Shown piece after piece: positions 22,241-33,098 of a stretch of DNA of 64,000 bases; position 1 is the first letter of the stretch; every line of letters begins with the position of its first letter. Below the pieces are notes generated by a model. The model had not been told where the DNA came from and did not search any database. It saw only the letters and a program-made list of their open reading frames with translations. Made by a program: the position numbers and the translations under genes. The DNA comes from Selaginella moellendorffii (Eukaryota > Plantae > Lycopodiophyta), in NCBI RefSeq assembly GCF_000143415.4, contig NW_003314263.1, positions 2,730,041 through 2,794,040 on the forward strand, given 5' to 3'.

Positions 22241-23932
22241 GAAATTGGAAGCACCAAGGCAGTCCAGGCCCTGGACGAGAGGAAGACTGCAATGGTGACA
22301 GAGCCATAAGTGACTGCAATGTTCTCGGAGCCATATCACTCACTTGAGGGAACCCTGGTTTGTAACGGCTAAAGTTGAACAGTAATGTTTTGTTTCAGGA
22401 ATGGCTGGAGCTAGTACCCGAGAAGACCGGCTGAGCAGCCTCTAGGCTGGCGATGACGAGGCGAAGTATCCTCTTATGAATCCTCTCAGATATGATCCAA
22501 GACAATGTTTCCAAGCACAAAGACGACTTAAATTTTTTTCTTACAGATCAGTCTGAGTAGAACTCAACTCAGTGCGGTCAATCGCAAGTAAACTGGAAGG
22601 TTTGTCTAGGGTCATGCGTGCTGATGACTCTAATGGCTGAAATGCTAAGAAAAAGTCTCACTGAATTCGAGTGAGAAGATTTTGATCAGGTTCCTCAATC
22701 ATCTTCAACAACGAGTATGCACTGTACACTGTGATCCTCTTTGGCAAGGTAGCAGACAACTTCAAATCAGCTGCATGTCTTTAATTCTATCAGGGCGCAA
22801 GAACTTAAGCTCCTGAATTCCCGATTAGATCAAAGCCCGGCTAGGTATAAACCTCATTTCTAGGTGTGACTCCACCACCTTTGTGTTTGGACAAGTAGAC
22901 AAACAGAATCAGAATTCTAATCTCGCTAGCGCCCAGATACCCAGATCGGCTTGCGAGCAAATGAGACACGGAACAACTCTCACATTCCGCTCGTCTCAGG
23001 TGACTGGAACCTGCAAAGATAAAAGCGAAGGTCGCTGCTGGGCTCCATCCCAATCGCGATTTGAGCGGCCACCAAGACAGAGGGGGAAGAATTCATCCAA
23101 GCATGAAATCACTCGCTGAGACCAGACCTTGGCGACCGCTGGTTGGCCGGCGCACAACATCAATAAACTATTCCAAGACTTAGACGTCCGAGATGATCCA
23201 AGCTCAATCCTCGGGGAAAGTTCCAGCATTGATTGGCGCAAACAATCCCAAGCTACGTGAAAGCAAAGGCCCAGGCAAAGGCTTTTCAAGGCATTTTCAT
23301 GTTGTCTAGCGTCTCGAGCCATAGAGGCTGTTCTAAGAACGAGTTACCCTTCATCCGACGACTCTGATTGGCCAGATCCTGCGGCTCAATTGTTATACAA
23401 AAGCTGGATCTCAGATCCAGGGCCGTGAGGATCCACGCCTCGCAAAGTGGAATTTGAGGGGGGAATTTGCTCTTCTCCGGCCTGTAGACGTGAGGCTAGA
23501 AAATCCAAGAAACTGAAGCGGAACATCGATTGAGTCCCATAGACCCATAAGGTATAATCTGAACTTTTTCAAGTTTTAAGTTCCTTGAGTGGCTTTCACC
23601 ACAGATAGTTTGCTTCATCATCAGGCAAGGCTTTGGAAAAGAAAAATATGAAGCCAGCTTCAACTTTGCAGAGCACACAGGGTGCCCGACCTCGAGGCCG
23701 ATTTTGGGGTGGCAAAACTTCTCTAATTATTCGAATATTCCAAACTCGGGAATAAAGGTTATGAGTTTAAAGAAGTTTTTATCTCAACAAAAGGTACTAG
23801 ATTCTTAAAAAGTAATTTCACAATAATAATCCTCAGATTAAAATAAAATCTATTTTAAATCCTAAAGAGCACAAATCAAGAATATCCTTAGAATCCACTG
23901 ATTTGCAAATCAATGCATCCAAGGAATGCCGA

Positions 23933-25604
23933 CTACTTCTTGCGAATCTTGAGAACCAAACCAAAGTGATCGCTGGGCAAAACCGGGAGCTTGAGCAACG
24001 ATTTCTTCGTCTCCTTCTCAAACGTCAAGCCCGGAATCGGTTTCGTCCCGATCATCTCGATGCTTTCCACCTCAAAGTCGCGGAAATGGTAGAACACTCG
24101 ATCCAAACGCTTCTGTAGTCTGCTTCCAGTGAGCATGGGATTGGCCTTTGCGTCGTAAGTTAGACCAGGCTGCAAAGAACACACGGTGAATCAAAACTCT
24201 GCCATAAAAACGAGAGCAAAAGTTCTCACCTCCTTCGCGCGGAGTTGTGTCCATGCGTCCATCCAGCCATTCTCGAGAGGAGGCTGACCGTCTAGCTTGT
24301 CGTCCCAGTTCATGTCTCCTCCAAAGACAACGTTTGGCAGCGGCTTGAGCGTTGCGAGCGCCTCCTTCATCTGTGCAACGCGCTCGGCGCTAAACATCTG
24401 ATCGAATTTCGGTGGCGCTGGACACGGGCTTTCCAGATGCGTTGTTGCCACGACCAGCTGCGTGCTGTTGCCGCAATCGATGTCCGCCAGGCAGAGTTCT
24501 CTTCCCATGATCGTGTTGTGGAAGGGATTGCGGTAGAACTTGTCTATCGGTAGCTTGCTAAGCTGAAAAGGAGAAGATACGCACTTGAGACTAAGCAACA
24601 GAATGAACGCGAGCGAAAGCTTCACCTGAAGGCAAAAGTAAGCTCGCTTTGCCGCGAGCTCTGAGCTAACCGAGCATCTGTATCCACTCCACCAGTTCGA
24701 TCGCTGGAAAATAGCATAGATACTGGTAGTAACTTCCTGTGAAAATCACTTATCAGTAAGGAGATATATGAACCACCAAAGAAATACCTGGAAACATATG
24801 ACGTGAGGTTGGTGCTGTCTGATAAGCTCTCCGATCGCTTCCATTCTTCGCTCCAGCTCGAGATCCTCACGAAACCAGACGTTGTACGTCATAAAAACGA
24901 TACTGTCGCTGACAATGTTCTTGGAAGTGGAAGAAGTTGACACACCTAAAGAAGAAAAGCAGTGAAAGTTTGTAAACGATCAAGACCTCATACATACCAG
25001 CAGAAGAAGCTATGGAGTTCTTCCTCGACATTCTTTCCATATGGAGCTCGCGAAGGAGAGCGTTTGAGGACTGCCCTGGATTGACAGGAGCCGCGGCCTG
25101 GCCTTCCTCTTCCTCGGACGATGGCTGTGGCTCGTCCACTCTCTGCCTCTTGGAGCTCGGCTCCAAAATCACCTCCTCCTCTTTTGCCGTGATCTCTTTG
25201 GCCACTACCGGAGGGTCTTGATCCAGGGGCTTCTCAGTGTCACACATACCGCAGCGAGGCATCGATCCGGGGCTGAGAAACGTGCACGCCGGGCAGTTCC
25301 ACGAATCCAGACCCGGCATTTCACTCGCGGCCTCTTCCTTCCGCGGTTGCTCACAAACCGCGCACGCATCGCCGGCGCTGTTGAGAAGCGTGCATCGGCT
25401 GCAAGTCCATTCCATGACCGAAAGCGTCGGCCGCAAGGGAGCGATCGAGACGATCGCGAGCGGCGCAGGAGGCGGCGGCGGATCGCCAGATGTAGAGAAG
25501 GAAATGCTACACTTGCAGATCGATACCTTGCGCGATGGCGGTGGCGGCCATCCCCGGAGAAGAATGTGAAGAACCCTAAACCGCTTGAGCCCCAAACCCG
25601 CCAT
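23933..25604 (-). CDS. TDP2: Tyrosyl-DNA phosphodiesterase 2 (EEP family) with two N-terminal RanBP2-type zinc fingers
   Basis: WTCSRCTLLN...CAVC and WNCPACTFLS...CGMC zinc fingers; TYNVWFRED, VICFQ/E, ATTHLESP, FGGDMNW, RLDR and PSDHFG EEP motifs. Start is uncertain (MAGLG at 25604, or a downstream MEW). Confidence 0.9.
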
Positions 25605-25661
25605 GGCTTTTAAAAAATTTCTTGTTTGCCCTGGAGAAATTTTGAGAAGAGGATCTTGGCT

Positions 25662-26892
25662 ATGGCGCTTGCCGCCGCCTGCCACGCATCCATCCCTCCT
25701 CTGTGGAATCCTCGATCCGCCGCTCCAAATCTCCTTCCGCCGTTCTCGAGGATCGTGATCAGCACCAGGGCTTCCATTCCCGCGCATTCTTCACAGGTTC
25801 TTCGCGATCTCGCCAGCGGCGGGCTAGAGGAGCTCCTCCTCGTCCGGCAGGCTTGTGAATCGGAGCTCTCGGCGGCCGCATTCTTGCGCGCAAGGTCATT
25901 CTACAGCTATCCCGAGGGACGCTCCATCGCAGCACAAGAAGTAAGTCTAGAAATATCTCTTCTTGATCATTTCATGGTCGATCGATAGCAACGCAGCCTC
26001 TTTCTTTCGTAGATTTCGAAGAGATCTTTCCTCTCTTCACAAAGATTTTCTCGATCGTTTCTCTCTAACGATTTTTTCTTTGTTTCTTCACAGGCACACC
26101 AAAAGTATATGGCCTCCCTCGAATTTAAGACTCTTTCCTCCAAGATCGCTGGAACCGAGGATGGTTTCGGTCGTGTGGCGTGCGTAGTCGCGCTACTTCC
26201 ACTCAAAGATTTTCCTCCTTCCACAGACGAGATTCGCAAAGCTTGCAAGGTAAACTCTTGGTTGTTTTATACTCTTTTTTTGTCTTGGGTGACTGATAGC
26301 TCTAGGATAGATAGACCGATAGATAGATGATAGATCCATCTATCTATCTATAATCTTTTCTTTTCCTTGGGTGGCTGATAGCTCTAGGATGATTGAGTGA
26401 TGATATAGGTGACTGTTGCTGGCCAAGATCTCCTTGTTGTTGGCACACTTGATGTGAATCGAGGTCGACTAATACCCGGTGAGATATCTGGCTCTCGACC
26501 AAAGGTAAGAACCTTTCTTTCCATCGTGTATCAAGTTTTCTACTGTTTTTTCTAGGACTCTGATCCAGCATACAAGCGTGCCTACATTTCAAACTTCTGC
26601 GTCGCTCAAGAAGCACGTCGAAAGGGTGTAGGCACGGCTCTAGTTCGCGAAGCAAAACGGACTGCCAGAGAATGGGGTACTGAAGAGCTTCTCGTTTTTC
26701 CAGACCTTTGACGCCTTGGCTGCTACAGGTGTGAGTGATCTTTACGTTCACGTTGTGACATCCAACGAGCCGGCTTTCAAACTTTACACGAAGTCTGGCT
26801 TTGTTTTCGAAGCCGAGGAGACTCCAGCGGAATCACACCTTCTTGGTCGACCTCGAAGAAAGCTTCTGTGGTTTGATCTTGGTACAGTGTAG
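25662..26892 (+). CDS. Plastid-type GNAT N-acetyltransferase (resembles Arabidopsis At4g28030)
   Basis: Transit-like N-terminus; LRARSF; KYMASLEFKTL..IAG..GFGRVAC; VVGTLDVN; RAYISNFCVAQEARRKGVG (acetyl-CoA motif); LYVHV..NEPA.KLY.KSGF. An alternative last exon could end at 26963. Confidence 0.85.
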
Positions 26893-26986
26893 AAATTTTT
26901 TCGCAAGCGAGTTTTTCTTTCTCTCACTTATCTTCCAAAGCAGGTCTGGAGTTCGAATCGTGAGGGTGCGAGGGCTATCGCTTGCG

Positions 26987-27596
26987 ATGACTATGGCGAT
27001 GGCTTGGCCGGGAGTGGGCATTCAGCCGTGCGGACCTTCTCAGGTGAATTTGGGTTGCTTTTCTACTCAGAGAGGAAGCTTAGTGCTATCAAGAAGGCAA
27101 CGGAGGATGCTTTCCTTGAGAGCTTCAGCCTCGGACGACGCTGCTCCCTTAGAAGAAAACGCTGAAACTCCCAAGGCTGTGGGAGATGAAGAAGACTCGA
27201 AGGATGCCCAAGAAGAGACTCCCGAGCCCACGAGCAGCGTTTACTCGGACAATCTATCCAAGGTACGAGGAATGTTTGTTTATCCAACTTTGATCTTCTT
27301 TTTTTTGTTTTGGCCAGAAAGATAAGCTGGCTATAAGGTCCGCAGGCAAGCAGATATTGTCGCTACGATTTCTTTGGATGGAGAAGAACATTGGAATTGC
27401 CTTGGATCAAGTTGTGCCGGGCCATGGTACAATTCCACTGTCGCCGTTTTACTTCTGGCCCAAGAAGGATGCGTGGGAGGAGCTCAAAGCCAAGCTCGAG
27501 AGCAAGCCGTGGATCTCACGAAGGCGTACAATTATCCTTCTCAACCAGGCCACCGATATCATCAACCTTTGGCAGCAGAAGGCTTCGAGCTTCTAG
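26987..27596 (+). CDS. PSRP3: Plastid-specific 30S ribosomal protein 3 (PSRP-3/Ycf65)
   Basis: Transit peptide, intron 27263-27316, then [42 protein letters not shown]...[14 protein letters not shown]. Confidence 0.92.
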
Positions 27597-28284
27597 AAGT
27601 AGAGGGCCATTTCATTTTTCCCACTTAAAAGCAAAACCTCTTATGTCAAGTGATTGGAAATGTGGCAAAACTGAGTGGTGAGAGAGATCAACCAAGTGCT
27701 TCAACTCCTCATAGTATAAATTTTACGCTCTCAAAGAAGATTGCATCAGTAATATATATTTAATAAACATTTTAGAAACTATTTCCTTTTGTGATCCTTA
27801 ATATATCCTTTATGATATTAATAATTAATAGATAGCTTTTCACTTACTAATGTTTAGAGAGGTGATAAATGTTGATTTTTTATTTTTAATTTTCTTTAAA
27901 CTTAAACTAATAGTCCTCCTAATTAAAACAATATTACTGCTTGAGCATTATTGAGTGTTATTTGGAGTTATTTGTTTCTATTTTAAAAAAAGTATAACTT
28001 TTTTTAAAATTAATAAAAATTAATTAACCAATAAAACATAACTGATTTAACTTATAAAGATATTTATAAGCATTTTATTTTATATACTTGGTTATATGTT
28101 AATAACAAAGATAAAAACAATAAGTAAATAACAATATCCAAAATACTGAAAAATTATATGTGAAATAAATATTAGTGTGCTTTAAATATAACTAAAAATA
28201 ACAACATTCAAACATTTGAAGCTTAAATAATTTTTCAAAATAATTTATCCCTTTGTAAAATTATAAATATATATATTTGAATAC

Positions 28285-28847
28285 TGTAAAATTTGTAAAT
28301 ATATAAATATGTATATACATGTATTACCTTGCCTAGGTAATACACAAATTATAGTACTAAAGCATATGGATTGTTAATTTGGGTGGTCCATTCATTCTTG
28401 TATATAAGCAAGGGTTTAAACAATAATTAATATATCTATTTCTATATTTTACACACTCACATCAATGGAAGTGAGACACACTAGAATTTGTTCTTGAAGG
28501 ACAAAGCTTTTTAATAATGCTTTGCTTTAGTATTTGGGATCTTGTTTTTTGTTTTCATTCATTTATTCTTTCTTAGATTTAAATCTATATTAGCCTTTTG
28601 CAAGATAACTTGTAGAATAAATTTTACAAATACTAATATTTTAAAATATTAATTGAATTATATATATATATATATAACTAAAAGATAGTAGAAATAAAAC
28701 CTTTTCTCACTTTCAAATAAGATGTTTCAAAGAACAGTTGACATATAAAATTCTAAATTTAAAATAGTAAAACATAAAAGTATATATATTTTATAAACTC
28801 TCCCATATATAGTTGTTAAAATAATTTTTATTACAAATTTCTAAATG

Positions 28848-28924
<77 letters not shown>

Positions 28925-29945
28925 TTTATAATCTATAAAAGGTTATTTACTGTGATTTCATTCTTAAAAATGGTTAATGAAATCTAGACGTGTGCGAATT
29001 TAAATTTCAAAACAAATATAAAAGATAATAATTAGGTAGTATTAAATTTTTTTATCTTATAAAACAATATTAGATTAATAACAATTTCAAAATGGTTTAT
29101 AAACATATTAATTATCAATCATAAATAATAAAGTAAATTATTTTGTATAAAAATATTTTTTAAACTAATTTAATATTTACATAAGCTTTTATATGATATT
29201 TTATTGTATAAACATACTTTCATTTTTATTTATAAGTAAAATAATGGAATGTATATTATATAGAAGCATAAGTAACTAAAGATAAATTTTTAAAAATAAT
29301 TAAATATTTAATTAAGAAAAAAATTTAGAAATGATTTATTAAATTTTAATACATACTTAATTTGAAAATTCATTTTTTATAAGAATGATATTTTAAAACA
29401 TATTTAAATGTAAATAATTTTTTATTTAAAATTTTGAGATTGTAATTATAAAATGTTATGTTTTAATATTTAAGTAGGGTATTGTAATGCTTGATGATCC
29501 AATTTTTAGCACTTAATAAAAATAAATGACTAAATAAAATAAATAATCTTGATATTGTGTGTGTTCAAGATATAGGAATAGGTATATTAATTTGGGTTTA
29601 GACCCCTGCTTATATACAAAAATGGATGGACCAAATTTAGTCCTAAATTTACGGTCGATATGCCTTAATACTATAGTTAGTGAATTACCTAAGCAAGTTA
29701 ATACATGTACATACATATATATATTTACAAACTTTACACATATGAGTGTTTGGTATATAGAAATAAGTATATTAATTTGGTTTTAGACCCCTACTTATAT
29801 ATAAGAATGGATGGACCAGATTCAATCCCAAGTTAACAGTTGATAATTAGTATTAATGTTAACTATAATTAGTGTATTACCTAGGCAAGGTAATACATGT
29901 ATCTATGTATATATATTTATAAACCTTACACCATCCTCCCCTCTG
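28285..29945. mobile_element. Three copies of a ~185-bp LTR-like repeat (28285-28464 on +; 29550-29738 and 29741-29930 tandem on -) with an adjacent PPT
   Basis: Shared core tacatgtattaccttgcctaggtaatacac...ggtccattcattcttgtatataagc; TG...CA-type ends; the minus copy is preceded by the purine tract agaggggaggatgg (29931-29944). Confidence 0.6.
28850..28921. repeat. (TA)n microsatellite, about 36 units
   Basis: Uninterrupted TA run. Confidence 0.97.
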
Positions 29946-32900
29946 AAAGATAAAAAGATGATGATAATAAGTTAGGTGGAACATCTAGAGATTTTGTTGG
30001 GTAATTATAAATTACCATAAGAATCTAAAGCTCTACAAAACCACTAACAAAGTTGTTGATAACTATGACTGAAATAAAACCCAAAGCCATAACATAAATA
30101 TTAGCCAATTACGGAGTCTCAGTGAATCAATTACAATTTTGTATACAGTTCCCAAATGCTCAAACCAACCACATAACTATAACTTTGAACTAAAGCAAGG
30201 GATATTGAGAACCATTATAGTTCATAAAACACCATTATAACAAATAATACATCTTATTTCTAAATTTGTCTGTCGACAATCCTCCAAGACCACCATTAAT
30301 TCAAACTTAAGACCATAAGCAGAATAACTATTGTCCTCATTTAGCATCGCATATAAAAGGTTGGACTCATTTTGTTCGTCCTTTATATCCTCCTTATCCC
30401 TTCCTTGAAGGAAAAAAATTCTGAAGCACTAGCTCTATTTGGACTTGCTACGCTTATCCTCTCTTTGCTATTTATGTTTAGATTATCACATTTGTTCGGC
30501 TTCACTATGTCTATAGCACATATGGTTTTTACCCTTTTTACCCTTTATCTTATGTATAGGATAATTATGAAGCAGAATCTAAACTTTCTATATGCTATAT
30601 GCCACATGTTTAAAGGACAATAAAGTGGAACATAAGTTTCAAGACTTTGAGCCACTAAATGAAGGAATAGAGCTAAACTCCTAAGCATGGAGCCGAGGAA
30701 CACGGAGTAACTCTTAAGCATACAGCCCAAGGAGTGAAGGGAGAAGAGCATAGTTTAACATTTCAATGCCAAAACTAGCACACAAAATGAAGTCAAATGA
30801 AATTTGGTGTTATTTCAACATACCGGTGGTTTAAGTGAGGATATAAGTACTCCATTAGCTAGTATGGTGTGAAACTTAGGCTTTGACTCAATCCAGACGC
30901 AAAACAAAGATAAACACAAAAGTGAGAGTTAAACTATGCCCAGATAGGACTGCCATACCTAATTTACCCACCTCTATTATACATTTGGAACCACTCTGGC
31001 CCCCCCCTCCCCCCCCCCACACACACGCTTTGGGCTTTCACCCTTAGCCATCTTTAGTACTAAGTGTTAGTCTCTAGGACTAACTTGAATAATAAATTCA
31101 TAAAATTATATATAAATTAGATATTCCTTTAAGTTTTTAATCAAAATCAAGTATAGTTTTATTAGCAACAATAATAATAATGGAAACTAATTTTAACTTA
31201 TAAAATAAATACTTGAAATTTCAACTATTAAAACTCTCAAAGTATTATTTTTAATTTTAGGTGGGAAGGTATGTGGAGGAATGCTTGGTGATGTACTCTT
31301 TTTTTAGTTGAGTTAAAAATTATTTTTCTTTATCATATTTTAATTACATAAACTTTTCATATTTGCTATTTTTTTCATGATAGAATATAACTTTTCCATC
31401 ATTAATATATTTTTATATTTTTAAATTCTATCAATTTATTTCACTCTTTCACATTCCATTACAATTATCAAAATCACCATACTATCATGCACCATAGTAA
31501 ATAATATAACCCATGTAAATTGAAGACAATTTAAATTTTAGATACTGTAATCTGAATACTTTGAACTTTTAATTTTAGTCAAACTTTTGTTAATAAGGAA
31601 AGGACCTTTTATATAGTTAGAAATTGTCACAAAAATCTCGAGAAGGAATGTGACAATGGTGCATGCGTCCATGCTCACAATCATGAGCATATGGGCCACA
31701 TGGTCCATACCGCCCGCAGTACAATCAATCGGGGCCACGAGGAAGAGAATGAATGGCCAACGACAAGCCCCTGTACGGCAGAGATTCCGGAAGATAGAAA
31801 GGAGAACCTCTCCATTGTTTTATGTTGTTTTCCACCGCTGGCCGAGAAACTTTCACGACTATATGTTGCGATTCCAATGTTGGTACAGGAAAAAAAAAGA
31901 ATTCTCGTTCACTTGTGAGTGAGAGGCCCCACCCTCTCCCCCCTGGAGAGAAAATTCGTCTTTCCGTACAGCCATGGGGTTACGTTCCATGCGAGCTGGG
32001 ATGAATCAGTGGGATCATTCGTAAGAGACAAGCAAAGCAAAGCAAGCCTCAGCTTTTGGCACCTCTCTCGAGACAACGTGGTCATAGAAATTTCTAGACT
32101 GTACGGACGAGACCACTTAAGCTATGGTTTTGGGCGATCTTATGAGCTTGATCGCCCTGTCCGACTCGGGAGTTTATTTCGTATCTCAATGAAAGCCAAA
32201 AGAAGAGAGGACTGTAGTAAATGTAGCCACTGGCATGGTTTTTATTGGAGGAAAAAGGACAGTGGTCGTGCAAATCGCTAAGCATGAGATGGGGGGAATG
32301 GAAAGATCAAAAGTTTGGAGAACTCTATGCTTAGTTTGGTGAAGTGTTGCTGTTTCTCGTATTGATTGATCGATAGTAGACAGTAGGTGGGTATTGCTGG
32401 AGCTGTATAAAAGTACCTATCATCACAAGCAAAAGAACAAGCTTGGACGACCAAGCTGTGTATCATATCCAAATCCAACGAGGAAGAAATTGTGGAGAAA
32501 TACGCATATTTCTTATCAGCTTTTTCCAGAGGAAAAAGAGAACAAAAGCTCCTCGTTTTGACAGTGGTTTTTTTTTCTCTCTCTCTCTCTTTTCCTGGTC
32601 CAATCCGAGTTGAGCGAGATGGAAAGAGACCTCGTCATGGCGTTTCTCATCTGCCTCGTCTTTGTCTTTTATTCTCAGGGAAGAAGAAAAGAGAGAGAAG
32701 AGCTATGGAGAGAGATGGAGAAAACGGGGTTATAGGCTATAGCTATCCTATACTACGTCCATAGAAAATACATTCTTTCACTCTTCCCATCTAGCCGATC
32801 GATCCCTCTTTTCTCGTCCTCCCGAGAAGCAATCGATCGAGATCAAACTATAGCTCCTCATCTGTCATTCTCTCCTCGAGGAGCTCCATCGCTCGGACCT

Positions 32901-33098
32901 CGCTCCTATGCTCCTCTCAATACCCCGGAAAGCCACAAAGATGAGTTTTTGCTTTCCCTCTTCGCTCGATCGAACAGCCCAATAGAGCATCCTCGCTCGA
33001 CACCGAGGATCACAATGTGGGAAGGTCTCTTCTTTGCTCCTAGAGTACACTTGTTCTAGCTCGTAGAGATTTGCAGCAGTCGTCATAGATTTCTAGAC

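Larger units (their letters stand above)
16200..22930. repeat. Large imperfect inverted duplication (about 16200-18665 vs about 20445-22930) with rearranged sub-blocks
   Basis: 17085-18000 is the reverse complement of 20480-21550; 16730-17060 of 21600-22015; 16200-16385 of 22040-22240; 18020-18665 of 22255-22925. Confidence 0.85.

Noticed and set aside
22996-23322. Possible F-box fragment (RTSKSWNSLL)
   Set aside because: The motif is too short to support a call without a profile search.
29513-30751. Short hydrophobic ORFs in the AT-rich island
   Set aside because: Compositional artefacts of decayed repeat DNA.
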